Shown one piece after another: positions 1-9,204 of a stretch of DNA of 40,000 bases. Made by a program: the position numbers and the translations under genes. Source of the DNA: Lederbergia citri (GTDB lineage Bacteria > Bacillota > Bacilli > Bacillales > Bacillaceae_C); NCBI RefSeq assembly GCF_018343625.1, contig NZ_JAGYPG010000001.1, forward strand, positions 190,342 through 230,341. The letters run 5' to 3'. The number at the start of each line of letters is the position of its first letter. Position 1 is the first letter of the stretch. The notes beneath the pieces are model-generated. The model was given only the letters and a program-made list of their open reading frames with translations, made no database searches and was not told the origin of the DNA.

Positions 1-558
1 AATGCACTTGTACATCATTATGAACGAACAGGTAATGTTTCAGCAGTACATATTGTAACAAGATTGGACCGCAATACATCTGGTTTAGTGCTTATTGCAA
101 AACATCGCCATGCCCATCATTTACTAAGTTTACAGCAGCAAAAAGGAAAGATTAAAAGATATTATGAGGCATTTGCGGAAAATGGATTTCATAAACAGGA
201 AGGCTGTATCAATGCTCCGATTGGAAGAAATCCATCCAGTATAATTGAAAGGGAAGTAAGGATGGACGGGCAAAGGGCAGTTACTCATTATAAAGTAGTT
301 CAGAATTATCCTCAATTTTCCCATATAAGATTAGAACTTGAAACGGGCAGGACACATCAAATAAGAGTGCATATGGCTTATATCGGGCATCCTTTGCTTG
401 GCGATGATTTATACGGCGGCAATCAAGCCTTCATTAATCGCCAAGCCTTGCACTGCAAAGAATTACATTTTATACAACCTATAAAACAATTAAAACTTTC
501 TTTTTCCTCCCCGCTTCCAATGGATATGGAAACACTTCTTACGAAGGGAAATTTGTGA
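1..558 (+). CDS. RluA-family pseudouridine synthase, C-terminal part (5' end outside window)
   Basis: Frame 1 is open from base 1. RluA-family motifs are present ([35 protein letters not shown]). No start codon in the window. Position next to prpE matches B. subtilis yjbO. Confidence 0.8.
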   Translation, partial: NALVHHYERTGNVSAVHIVTRLDRNTSGLVLIAKHRHAHHLLSLQQQKGKIKRYYEAFAENGFHKQEGCINAPIGRNPSSIIEREVRMDGQRAVTHYKVVQNYPQFSHIRLELETGRTHQIRVHMAYIGHPLLGDDLYGGNQAFINRQALHCKELHFIQPIKQLKLSFSSPLPMDMETLLTKGNL

Positions 559-1279
559 ATTTTTCAGGGACAATCGGCATACTTGAAGGAACAGAGATTG
601 TTTTCATTTCGGGATATCTGAAAGCTGTCAGTTTTCCACCAAAGACGGCTCCAGTATCTATATTTATCGTTTTTCCTATAAGTCTGGGCTCGCGTACTGG
701 AGTGTGTCCATATACGATGAAGGGCTTCCCTTTGTAATGTTTTGCCCAGTCACGGCGAACAGGCATTCCATTAGGAAGGGTTTCTCCCGTCACATCTCCA
801 TATAAAACAAATGATTTTACACTTTTATTGTTTTTACCGATATAATCTGCTCTAATCCCAGCGTGTGCAATAACGAGTTTTTCATCGTCAAGGACATAAT
901 AAAGTGGAGAGGCTTCATAAAGATCTGTAAACATTTTCCTATAATGATTCCATTCTTTTTGTGATTGTGCATTAAGTTCTGCAACAGTTGTTTCTAATCC
1001 ATGTGTGATCTGTATGTTCCTTCCAAGAAAATAGCGATATAATTTATTGCAATGGTTCCCAGGAACGTAATAGGCCCCATGGTATTTCCATAGTTCCCAA
1101 ACGACTTTAATCATTTTTAAAGAATCGGGTCCACGATCTGTTATATCACCAACAAAAGCTATTTTTCTCCGCTTTGCATGGGTAGGAATACCGCTTGCCC
1201 ACGAGTAATCCATCTTTTTTGTAAGCGTGACAAACTCATCATAGCATCCATGTACATCTCCAATAATATCGATATTCAA
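539..1279 (-). CDS. prpE: PrpE-like bis(5'-nucleosyl)-tetraphosphatase (metallophosphoesterase)
   Basis: Calcineurin-like phosphoesterase motifs are present ([26 protein letters not shown]). I place the start at TTG 1279, 5 nt after a GAGGTG RBS. The track's ATG at 1525 would overlap mgtE and add a non-conserved extension. Confidence 0.8.
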   Translation of the reverse strand: MNIDIIGDVHGCYDEFVTLTKKMDYSWASGIPTHAKRRKIAFVGDITDRGPDSLKMIKVVWELWKYHGAYYVPGNHCNKLYRYFLGRNIQITHGLETTVAELNAQSQKEWNHYRKMFTDLYEASPLYYVLDDEKLVIAHAGIRADYIGKNNKSVKSFVLYGDVTGETLPNGMPVRRDWAKHYKGKPFIVYGHTPVREPRLIGKTINIDTGAVFGGKLTAFRYPEMKTISVPSSMPIVPEKFTNFPS

Positions 1280-1399
1280 ACCATTCACCTCACAATATAA
1301 AAATAATATCGAATGATGTATATTTTCTTTCAATTTTGTAGCGACAAAAGTATATAGATTTGTTAGGATAGTGTAGACAAAAGGGGAGGAGGAGTCAAA

Positions 1400-2773
1400 T
1401 TGGATAACAAATACGATATAAATAGCCAAATCAATGAAGAACTTCTTAATACCACAATAAATAAAGATGATATTCTTGGATTTCGAGAGGAGTTCCTGAC
1501 TCTTCACCCATATGACCAAGCACAATTTTTTTTCAAATTATCCCCAGATGATCGAATAAAAATTTATAATTTTTTATCTCCAAAAGAGCTTGCCGACTTT
1601 TTCGAAATGCTCGAAATAGAGGATCATGAATATAAAGATATTTTAGCGGAAATGGATCCAAAATATGCGGCAGATATGCTTGCAAATATGTTCACCGATA
1701 ATGCCGTTGACGTTTTAAATAACTTGGATAAGGATCAAACTGCCAGTTATTTATCTATCATGGACCATACGGCAGCTCAAGAAATAAAAGGCTTGCTTCA
1801 TTATGAGGAATATACAGCAGGAAGTATTATGACGACGGAATTTATTGCTATTTCAGCAAATCAAACGGTCCGTTCAGCTATGTATATTTTAAAAAAGGAA
1901 GCACCTAAAGCTGAAACCATTTACTATGTTTATGTAATAGATGAGGATGGCAGGCTTGTCGGAGTCATTTCTCTGCGCGATTTAATTATTAGCAGTGATG
2001 ATACGATGATTTCAGACATAATGTTTGATCGGATTGTCTCCATTTCTGTAAGTGCTGACCAGGAAGAAGCCGCTAAACAGATGAGAGACTATGATTTACT
2101 TGCTCTACCAGTAGTTGATTTTCAAAATCATTTACTTGGAATCATTACAGTCGATGATATTATCGACGTTATTGATGAGGAAGCATCGGATGACTATTCT
2201 AAACTTGCCGGTGTTTCCGACATGGACACTATTGATAAAAATCCCTTTGCTGCTGCAAAAAAGAGACTTCCATGGCTAATCATTTTGCTTTTTTTAGGGA
2301 TGTTCACTGCAAGTCTTATCGGAAAATTTGAAGATACTTTAAGTAAAGTACCCATTGTGGCAGTCTTTATTCCTCTTATTGCTGGTATGGCGGGGAATAC
2401 AGGGACACAGGCATTGGCCGTTGCAGTCCGGGGAATTGCAACTGGAGAACTGGAAGAAGCAAGTAAATTTAAACTCATTATGAGAGAATCAGGTACAGGA
2501 TTAATCACAGGAACGATTTGCGGAGTTTTAGTATCTGTTATTGTATACGTATGGAAAGGGGAACTATTACTAGGCTTTCTTGTAGGGATCGCTATACTTG
2601 CATCTTTGTTTGTAGCTACTTTAGCGGGTTCACTAGTTCCATTGGCGATGCATAAATTTAAAATTGATCCCGCCGTCGCTTCGGGTCCATTCATTACGAC
2701 GATGAATGATATGACTTCCATTCTCATATATTTTGGTTTGGCAACGATGTTTATGAATTATTTAATTCACTAG
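1400..2773 (+). CDS. mgtE: magnesium transporter MgtE
   Basis: TTG start behind GGAGGAGG. It has an N-terminal MgtE_N-like region, tandem CBS-like segments ([18 protein letters not shown]) and a C-terminal 5-TM channel with the [12 protein letters not shown] motif. Confidence 0.9.
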   Translation: MDNKYDINSQINEELLNTTINKDDILGFREEFLTLHPYDQAQFFFKLSPDDRIKIYNFLSPKELADFFEMLEIEDHEYKDILAEMDPKYAADMLANMFTDNAVDVLNNLDKDQTASYLSIMDHTAAQEIKGLLHYEEYTAGSIMTTEFIAISANQTVRSAMYILKKEAPKAETIYYVYVIDEDGRLVGVISLRDLIISSDDTMISDIMFDRIVSISVSADQEEAAKQMRDYDLLALPVVDFQNHLLGIITVDDIIDVIDEEASDDYSKLAGVSDMDTIDKNPFAAAKKRLPWLIILLFLGMFTASLIGKFEDTLSKVPIVAVFIPLIAGMAGNTGTQALAVAVRGIATGELEEASKFKLIMRESGTGLITGTICGVLVSVIVYVWKGELLLGFLVGIAILASLFVATLAGSLVPLAMHKFKIDPAVASGPFITTMNDMTSILIYFGLATMFMNYLIH

Positions 2774-2798
2774 TAAACTGAAACAACCTTATTGAAAG

Positions 2799-4664
2799 TT
2801 GGTACACCTTATGGAACAGGATTCTTCTCTGCTATCACTCGTTATTGTATTAGTTGTGGCATTTATAACTCCATTCTTATTGCACCGATTCCGTCTTACA
2901 TTTTTGCCAGTTGTCATTGCTGAAATCATTATGGGCTTAATTATTGGTAAAAGTGGACTGAATTTAGTACACGACGGTTCATGGTTAAATACGCTCTCGA
3001 CTCTAGGATTTATCTTTTTAATGTTTTTAAGCGGGTTGGAAATTGACTTCTCCGCTTTTAAAACGAATAAAAAGAAAAAAGTACTGCCAAGTGGAAAATT
3101 GGAACCTAATCGATTAGCTGTTTCATTGATTATTTTCTTCGGTATTTTTATCTTATCAATTGGATTGTCTTTTTTATTTGTAAAAATTGGATTGATTGAA
3201 AATGTTTTCTTAATGACCTTAATTATCTCAACTATATCATTAGGTGTCGTTGTTCCTACTTTGAAGGAAGCAAATGTGTTAAAAACGGGAATTGGCCAAA
3301 TTATTTTACTCGTTGCTGTTATTGCGGATCTTGTCACGATGATATTACTTGCCATTTTTGTATCTGTTTCCAGCGAAAGTGAAGGGAATATGTGGCTATT
3401 ACTTATTTTATTTGCAACAGGGCTGATACTATATGTGATTGGCAGTCGACTTAAAAATCGTCCAATTATTGAGAGATTATCAACTGGAACCGTGCAAATA
3501 GGAACGAGAGCTATTTTTACATTAATTATCGTCCTCGTGGCGTTATCAGAATCTGTAGGTGCTGAAAATATTTTAGGCGCTTTTTTGGCCGGAACATTAG
3601 TGTCTTTATTAAATCCGAGACAAGAATTGGTGCAGCAGCTCGATTCATTTGGGTATGGATTTTTAATTCCCATTTTCTTTGTAATGGTTGGTGTTGAACT
3701 TGATTTATGGTCACTTTTAAGTGATAAAAATTTATTGCTTTTAATTCCGTTATTATTAGTAGCACTTCTAGCTTCAAAAATCTTTCCAGTATTCATATTA
3801 AGAAAATGGTATGATACAAAAACGGTTGTAGCCTCCGCTTTCTTGCTTACGTCTACATTGTCCCTTGTCATTGCTGCAGCGAAAATTGCAGAGCGGATCG
3901 ATGTAATTACACCTGAAATGAGTGGAACATTTATATTAGTTGCAGTAATCTCATGTATCATTACTCCGATTTTCTTTAAAAAATGGTTTCCGAAAGAAAA
4001 TGGGTATGAACGAAAACTTAAATTAGCTTTAATAGGAGCAAATCAATTGACTCTACCAGTATCTAAAGAACTAAATGATACACAATTTGACTCAACCGTT
4101 TATCATAAAAAATTGGAGAAGGTAGAAACGCAAAGTTCAGACTCAATCTTTAATATTGTGTACATCCAAGATTATGAAAACCTCGAGTTAAAAAAAGCAG
4201 GTGTATTTGATTCAGATATTATGTTTATGTCAACTGGCGATGAAAAGCAAAATGCAGCTTTAGCTATTGAAGCAAAGAAAAGTGGGATTGAAAGAGTGAT
4301 TGCGAGAATCGAAAGCCCTGAATTGGCAAAGCAGTTAAAGGAATATGAAATCGAAGTATTTTCAACTATTTTGTCTACCACAGCTTTACTAAAAGCATTA
4401 ATAGAATCGCCAAAAGTGGCACAAATCATGACGAATGGTGAAACAGCATTATATGAAATAATGATGCTGAATAGTCATTATGCACATATGACATTAAGAG
4501 AATTTCCGTTTATGGGTGATGTCATAGTCGTAAGAATATTTAGGGGAAATGATTCTTTAGTTCCTCACGGAGATACCGAATTGCAAATGGAAGATCGATT
4601 AATTGTGACTGGATCAAAAGAATATGTGGATCATTTAATGAAAGAACTCCAGTATAACATTTAG
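2799..4664 (+). CDS. CPA2-type cation:proton antiporter with C-terminal RCK/TrkA-C-like domains (YjbQ-like)
   Basis: About 390 aa of multi-TM Na+/H+-exchanger-like sequence is followed by about 220 aa of soluble sequence ending in a TrkA-C-like segment (DRLIVTGSKEYV). The start may be ATG 2811 instead, and no strong RBS is visible. Position between prpE/mgtE and fabI matches yjbQ. Confidence 0.75.
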   Translation: MVHLMEQDSSLLSLVIVLVVAFITPFLLHRFRLTFLPVVIAEIIMGLIIGKSGLNLVHDGSWLNTLSTLGFIFLMFLSGLEIDFSAFKTNKKKKVLPSGKLEPNRLAVSLIIFFGIFILSIGLSFLFVKIGLIENVFLMTLIISTISLGVVVPTLKEANVLKTGIGQIILLVAVIADLVTMILLAIFVSVSSESEGNMWLLLILFATGLILYVIGSRLKNRPIIERLSTGTVQIGTRAIFTLIIVLVALSESVGAENILGAFLAGTLVSLLNPRQELVQQLDSFGYGFLIPIFFVMVGVELDLWSLLSDKNLLLLIPLLLVALLASKIFPVFILRKWYDTKTVVASAFLLTSTLSLVIAAAKIAERIDVITPEMSGTFILVAVISCIITPIFFKKWFPKENGYERKLKLALIGANQLTLPVSKELNDTQFDSTVYHKKLEKVETQSSDSIFNIVYIQDYENLELKKAGVFDSDIMFMSTGDEKQNAALAIEAKKSGIERVIARIESPELAKQLKEYEIEVFSTILSTTALLKALIESPKVAQIMTNGETALYEIMMLNSHYAHMTLREFPFMGDVIVVRIFRGNDSLVPHGDTELQMEDRLIVTGSKEYVDHLMKELQYNI

Positions 4665-4689
4665 AGAGGTAATCCTTTATCAATCATAC

Positions 4690-4719
4690 TTTACAATTTT
4701 GAAAGTTATCATGTATGAT
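4690..4719 (+). promoter_or_regulatory. candidate sigma-A promoter of fabI (TTTACA-18 nt-TATGAT)
   Basis: -35-like TTTACA at 4690-4695 and -10-like TATGAT at 4714-4719, read by eye. Confidence 0.35.
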
Positions 4720-4735
4720 TAGGACTAGGTACTAA
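4719..4735 (+). promoter_or_regulatory. candidate FapR operator upstream of fabI
   Basis: The 17-bp inverted repeat TTAGGAC-TAG-GTACTAA abuts the candidate -10, about 45 nt before the fabI ATG. As I recall them, FapR boxes have TTAGTAC/GTACTAA half-sites. fabI belongs to the B. subtilis FapR regulon. Confidence 0.5.
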
Positions 4736-4779
4736 TAACTTGTAAAAACTTTTTAGACTGATAATAAGGGGATGATTAA

Positions 4780-5562
4780 ATGAATCTTTCTTTAAATGGA
4801 AAAACGTTTGTCGTAATGGGAGTAGCCAATAAACGCAGCATTGCTTGGGGGATTGCTCGTTCGCTTCATAATGCCGGTGCGAAGTTAATATTTACATATG
4901 CAGGCGAGCGTCTTGAAAAAAGTGTCCGTGAACTTGCTGATTCATTAGAAGGAGAAAAATCACTTGTACTTCCTTGTGATATTACTAAAGATGAAGATAT
5001 CGAACAATGCTTCACTCAAATAAAAGAAGCTGTCGGTCCTATCCACGGTATCGCACACTGTATCGCATTTGCAAATAAGGAAGAGTTAAGTGGAGATTAT
5101 TTAAATGTAACGAGAGATGGATTCTTATTAGCTCAAAATATTAGCGCATATTCACTAACTGCCGTAGCGAAAGCAGTGCAAAATCTTGATATTATGCCTG
5201 ATGGCGGCAGTATTGTAACATTAACGTATCTAGGTGGGGAGCGAGTTGTTACGAACTATAACGTAATGGGTGTAGCAAAAGCTTCCCTTGATGCAAGTGT
5301 CATGTATTTAGCGAGTGATCTTGGAAAACACGGAATAAGAGTCAATTCCATTTCTGCAGGTCCAATTAGAACGCTATCTGCAAAAGGAATCAGTGACTTC
5401 AATAGCATATTAAAAGACATTGAGGAAAGGGCACCGCTTCGTAGAACGACAACACCTGAAGAAGTTGGTGACACGGCGTTATTCTTATTTAGTGATCTAT
5501 CACGCGGTATTACGGGTGAGAGTATACATGTAGATTCAGGGTTCCACATTTTAGCTATATAA
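4780..5562 (+). CDS. fabI: enoyl-[acyl-carrier-protein] reductase (NADH) FabI
   Basis: 260 aa with a GGGGATG-type RBS. The N-terminal GVANKRSIAWGIA nucleotide-binding motif and SDR-type sequence throughout are typical of Bacillus FabI. Confidence 0.9.
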   Translation: MNLSLNGKTFVVMGVANKRSIAWGIARSLHNAGAKLIFTYAGERLEKSVRELADSLEGEKSLVLPCDITKDEDIEQCFTQIKEAVGPIHGIAHCIAFANKEELSGDYLNVTRDGFLLAQNISAYSLTAVAKAVQNLDIMPDGGSIVTLTYLGGERVVTNYNVMGVAKASLDASVMYLASDLGKHGIRVNSISAGPIRTLSAKGISDFNSILKDIEERAPLRRTTTPEEVGDTALFLFSDLSRGITGESIHVDSGFHILAI

Positions 5563-5568
5563 AATGTA

Positions 5569-5603
5569 AGCAGCTGTCACGAATGAGTGTCAGCTGCTTT
5601 TCT
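5569..5603 (+). terminator. intrinsic terminator after fabI
   Basis: AGCAGCTGTCAC-GAATGA-GTGTCAGCTGCT stem (one mismatch) followed by TTTTCTT. Confidence 0.75.
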
Positions 5604-5653
5604 TATGCTTTAGGAAATTGAAAAATTGGGGACTTGTGGAAAAATTAAGAAGA

Positions 5654-5782
5654 TAGTTCCAGCCTAGCAAGTAGCCAGCGACTAGCCAATTTAGGTTTCT
5701 TTCTACTATAAGTCAACATCGACGGATCGACGGACCCACTTCCTGTGCGCCTGTACGTAGCTGAACAGGCGCTTGCGCTTTT
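5654..5782 (+). repeat. GC-rich intergenic repeat, short copy
   Basis: Aligns by eye to both ends of the longer copy at 7741-8133. Left-end pair: tagttccagc...aagtcaacatcg versus tagctccagc...aagtcaacatcg. Right-end pair: cgacggacccacttcctgtgcgcctgtacgt...gcttgcgctttt versus cgacggacccacattctgtgggcctgtacgt...gcttgcgctttt. Much more GC-rich than its flanks. Confidence 0.7.
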
Positions 5783-5857
5783 GTTCCTTTTTTGGAAACC
5801 TTAGGCTCTTTTATGCATACATATAAAACGAAGTAAGAAGAACGGAGGTGCTCCTTC

Positions 5858-6403
5858 ATGGAGAATAATAAGGAAGGAACTAAAGAGGAGCCTTTATTAT
5901 ACATCCATCAGCCAAAATTCAAACAGCCTGAAAGAAAGATGCAAGACTCTTTTTTATCAGAGGAGATAACGGATACAATAGACTTGGAAAAAATATTTCC
6001 AAAGGAGGTGGAAAAAAAGCAAAGTTTTACTCTTCCTCCTATAGACAGTGAAAAGGAAATAGAAGTAGTGCAAGATATACCCAAAGAAAAGCAAGAAGAA
6101 ATTAAAAAACCTATAAATGCTGCAGACTATTTTCGTAGAAATACGCCTTCAAGAAAGACTTGGAATTTGAACTTGGTAACACCCTTTAGAGATATGTCAA
6201 TTAAGGAAAAACTAGAATACTTATCAGGATTTCCAAGCAGTCAGCAACCCTTCCCATGTGAATTCATTACGGAAAAACAACAATATAAAGGTACATTAAG
6301 TAAGTATGAAAATAATCGAATATTTATTAAAAACCTACAAGGTGACATGGACGAGATTGATGTAAAAGAACTACAAACAATAAAAATTTTATATAAAACG
6401 TAA
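5858..6403 (+). CDS. cotO: CotO-like spore coat protein (tentative)
   Basis: GGAGGTG RBS. The protein is Glu/Lys-rich with an N-terminal PLLYIHQPKF segment. Its position directly after fabI and convergent with a CotY/Z-family gene matches B. subtilis fabI-cotO-cotZ. The family call rests mainly on synteny. Confidence 0.5.
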   Translation: MENNKEGTKEEPLLYIHQPKFKQPERKMQDSFLSEEITDTIDLEKIFPKEVEKKQSFTLPPIDSEKEIEVVQDIPKEKQEEIKKPINAADYFRRNTPSRKTWNLNLVTPFRDMSIKEKLEYLSGFPSSQQPFPCEFITEKQQYKGTLSKYENNRIFIKNLQGDMDEIDVKELQTIKILYKT

Positions 6404-6404
6404 T

Positions 6405-6436
6405 AAGAAATGGGGCATATTTTGCCCCATTTCTTA
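6405..6436. terminator. bidirectional terminator between convergent coat genes
   Basis: AAGAAATGGGGCA-tatt-TGCCCCATTTCTT stem flanked by A/T runs on both sides. Confidence 0.8.
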
Positions 6437-6961
6437 TTAGACCTCACAAATGCCAAGATTAACATCGGAAATACATTGAACTGCACAGAAGCAATGTAGA
6501 TCAACTGTTATACAGCTATTGCTTGAAGCCCAGTTATTTACTGAACAAAGTGCTTCGTAGCTAAGTGTTCCATTAGGAAATAAATTTACAACTGTTTGGC
6601 CATTTAAAGGAATTAACACGCGTAATGTGGCGCAGCAATTATCGAAAATGTCTTCGACTCTAAAAAATACTGATACACATTTTCCAGCGGTACCTTTAAA
6701 TAATGCTTTAAATAATTCTCCGTTTTTATTAGTTAAAGTAAAAACACGAGTATCAGAACGTTGGCGGGCTGGAAGTGCTAATTCACCTAGAGGTTCAACA
6801 AAACAGTTGGATGTGCAAGGAAGGCACTCTTCTTCCACTGCTTCATCTTGAATATCCTTAATGGCACGGACTACTTGACACACACAGTTAAGCCGGCATC
6901 CGCACCCCGAATTGGAACTGGTTTCAAGCACTTCACTTGATTCCATCTCTTCAAAACTCAT
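6437..6961 (-). CDS. CotY/CotZ/ExsY-family cysteine-rich spore coat/exosporium protein
   Basis: AGGAGG RBS. Cys-rich 174 aa with family-typical blocks (VFFRVEDIFDNCCATLRVL, CITVDLHCFCAVQCI). Confidence 0.8.
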   Translation of the reverse strand: MSFEEMESSEVLETSSNSGCGCRLNCVCQVVRAIKDIQDEAVEEECLPCTSNCFVEPLGELALPARQRSDTRVFTLTNKNGELFKALFKGTAGKCVSVFFRVEDIFDNCCATLRVLIPLNGQTVVNLFPNGTLSYEALCSVNNWASSNSCITVDLHCFCAVQCISDVNLGICEV

Positions 6962-7083
6962 GGATTATATCCTCCTTATCTTTAAAATGATTCATTTACA
7001 CTACTAACATATTAGGTAGTAGCCAAATGAGTTACGGACAGACGCCCCATTTTGGGAAAATAGGCAGGTTAGGAGCTGAGAAA

Positions 7084-7440
7084 ATGGATATTTCATGGAT
7101 CAAATTTGTATTAATGAGTCTAGCTATATTTCGGGTTACGAGACTAATTGTGTTTGACAAAATAACAGCTTTCATTAGAGCCCCATTTTTAATGGAATAT
7201 GAAGAAACTAATCTTTTAGGTGAAAAAGAAACGTATTTGGTGCCACGTGAAAAGGGATTGCGTGGTTGGATCGGAAAGCTGATTAGCTGCTATTGGTGTA
7301 CAGGAATATGGGTAGCAACAGCAGTGTTCATTTTTCAATGGTTTTTTTCATTCATTGTGGATCCAATCCTCATAATTTTTGCTCTAGCAGGAATGGCAGC
7401 AATATTTGAATCGATTATCCAAATTCTCATAAAAGATTAA
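7084..7440 (+). CDS. DUF1360-type membrane protein (YjcA-like sporulation protein)
   Basis: Start moved to ATG 7084 (AGGAG RBS 8 nt upstream), giving 118 aa. Motifs FRVTRLIVFDKIT and CYWCTGIWV resemble DUF1360/YjcA. Confidence 0.7.
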   Translation: MDISWIKFVLMSLAIFRVTRLIVFDKITAFIRAPFLMEYEETNLLGEKETYLVPREKGLRGWIGKLISCYWCTGIWVATAVFIFQWFFSFIVDPILIIFALAGMAAIFESIIQILIKD

Positions 7441-7524
7441 TTTAGCCCTTTTTAAAAACACATGCGCCAAACATTTCATAAAATGTAGAAGGTTGGATTT
7501 AAAAAAATTCAGGAAGTGATTTAC

Positions 7525-7626
7525 ATGCAAAGACCACCTAGAAGGCCAAGACCAATAGGACCAACCCGTCCAAGAAAATCCGGTTGTGGATGCGGAAAAC
7601 CGATAAAAAAGCCTAGAGGTTATTAA
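7525..7626 (+). CDS. unannotated 33-aa Arg/Pro-rich peptide (MQRPPRRPRPIGPTRPRKSGCGCGKPIKKPRGY)
   Basis: AGGAAGTGA RBS 4-5 nt before the ATG and a strong terminator directly after. It is below the ORF-track length cutoff. Confidence 0.4.
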   Translation: MQRPPRRPRPIGPTRPRKSGCGCGKPIKKPRGY

Positions 7627-7638
7627 GTGAATATGAAT

Positions 7639-7679
7639 GGAATAAGGATTGACTCTATAGAGTCATCCTTATTCTTTTT
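7639..7679 (+). terminator. intrinsic terminator
   Basis: GGAATAAGGATTGACTC-TATA-GAGTCATCCTTATTC stem (one bulged T) followed by a T-run. Confidence 0.8.
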
Positions 7680-7740
7680 AAACAGTAAAAAAATATAACT
7701 TTTTTATAGGTCTATATTTTTAGGTAAGACTATTAGTGTC

Positions 7741-8133
7741 TAGCTCCAGCACCTATCGACTAGCAAACTTCTTGTCCTTCTCTTTTGCGTAAGTCAACAT
7801 CGGCTCGTCTTGTCTAGCATCAGGCGCCAGGCCCTCGAGATCAAATAACCTGAGTCAATAAAAGTCAAAGATCAGACTTTTTTGCCTCAGAGCATTTGCT
7901 TGTCGGAGGCACGTAGGATGCGGGTCAGGAAGGTGTTGCAACAGGATGGTGCGTAATTAGCCTTCCTTCTTTATTCGAGCGCCCTACGCTTTCCCAACCT
8001 CGCCGTGTTTCCTTTATTCAGTCGAAGGCCCTAATAGGAACGTCGACTAAAACCGCCACTTCCTGTGGCAACGTCGACGGACCCACATTCTGTGGGCCTG
8101 TACGTCGATGGGCAAGGTGGTGCTTGCGCTTTT
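7741..8133 (+). repeat. GC-rich intergenic repeat, long copy
   Basis: Its ends match the copy at 5654-5782. The interior contains additional GC-rich material and small tandem hairpin modules (ccacttcctgtgg, cccacattctgtggg). No credible ORF. Confidence 0.7.
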
Positions 8134-8251
8134 CTTAACATAATCATTCATAATTTATCAAATGTAGTGAAAAATATTGATAACCTTACTTTATTTTTTG
8201 CACTGGAGTGTGATCTGTACACTCCTTAGGCTTATAAACTGGGAGGAGTCC

Positions 8252-8725
8252 ATGATCAAAAAAATAATGATTTCCACTATTATATGTGCTATTTTTTTCA
8301 CTGGCGCATGTTCTAATCAACCTGATGAACAAAAAAGCAAATTATCATTAATAAAGAAAACACAGCCTGCACCGATTGAAATCAACTATAAGCGGAAGGA
8401 TGATTCCATAGCGTTCCAAGTAAGAGAAGAAGTCAAAAAGAAGGATTCAATTTACGATGTTGCCGTTTTAGAAGGGGATCATAATATCCTTGTAAGCTAC
8501 AAAGTAAAACATCTTCAACGATTTCGAATGAAAAAAATCGAAAAAGATTTAACAAAGTCATTAAAAAAGAAATTTCCTGATCATTCATTCATCGTGTCTA
8601 GTGACTATAAAATTTTTCTTGAAGCTATTCGATTAAAAGAAGAATTAGAATACGATAATTTATCAAATAAAGAAGCAAAAAAGCGTTTGAATAAAATTAT
8701 TAAATTAAAGAAGGAAATGACATAA
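8252..8725 (+). CDS. YhcN/YlaJ-family sporulation lipoprotein
   Basis: Start at ATG 8252 behind GGGAGGAG. Signal peptide with lipobox FFTGAC. The central VAVLEGDHNILVSYKVKHLQRFRMKKIEKD segment resembles YlaJ/YhcN proteins. Only 2 nt separate it from spoVAC. Confidence 0.65.
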   Translation: MIKKIMISTIICAIFFTGACSNQPDEQKSKLSLIKKTQPAPIEINYKRKDDSIAFQVREEVKKKDSIYDVAVLEGDHNILVSYKVKHLQRFRMKKIEKDLTKSLKKKFPDHSFIVSSDYKIFLEAIRLKEELEYDNLSNKEAKKRLNKIIKLKKEMT

Positions 8726-8727
8726 AA

Positions 8728-9204
8728 ATGGCTAAAAAAAATAAAACAAAAACTCCTGAACAAATTAAATATGATCAAATGCAAAAAAAGCATGAGCTTA
8801 AGAGACCAATATTAAAAAATTGTATTCGTGCTTTTTTTGTTGGCGGGACAATTTGTTTAATTGGCCAAGCCATTACTTATTTCTATATTTATTACTTTGA
8901 TTTTACAGAAAAGACAGCGGGTAATCCGACTGTTGCTACAATGGTTTTTATTGCAATGCTTTTGACAGGATTCGGTTTATACGATAGGCTCGGACAATTT
9001 GGAGGAGCAGGAAGTGCTGTACCAGTTACAGGATTCGGAAATGCAGTAATTTCTTCAGCGATTGAACATCGTACAGAAGGATTTGTCCTCGGTGTGGGAG
9101 GAAATATTTTTAAACTTGCTGGTTCCGTTATTGTTTTTGGTGTTTTTTCCGCATTCGTAGTAGCTCTCATTAAAACCTTCATTTCCCAGTGGGGGGGATT
9201 CTAA
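8728..9204 (+). CDS. spoVAC: stage V sporulation protein AC
   Basis: 158-aa 4-TM protein with the conserved GAGSAVPVTGFGN segment. First gene of the spoVAC-AD-AEb order. Confidence 0.9.
   Translation: MAKKNKTKTPEQIKYDQMQKKHELKRPILKNCIRAFFVGGTICLIGQAITYFYIYYFDFTEKTAGNPTVATMVFIAMLLTGFGLYDRLGQFGGAGSAVPVTGFGNAVISSAIEHRTEGFVLGVGGNIFKLAGSVIVFGVFSAFVVALIKTFISQWGGF

Noticed and set aside
1280-1399. Possible M-box riboswitch upstream of mgtE
   Set aside because: The prpE-mgtE intergenic region is only about 120 nt and AT-rich. That is too short and lacks the paired GC-rich helices of an M-box.
2789-3961. 390-aa minus-strand ORF
   Set aside because: It is antisense to the well-supported antiporter gene. 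Its composition is low-complexity Ile/Asn/Ser/Thr-rich, typical of a shadow frame in AT-rich DNA, and no RBS is visible.
5713-5904. 63-aa minus-strand ORF
   Set aside because: It lies inside the GC-rich intergenic repeat and overlaps the cotO-like start. It is most likely an artefact of the repeat's composition.
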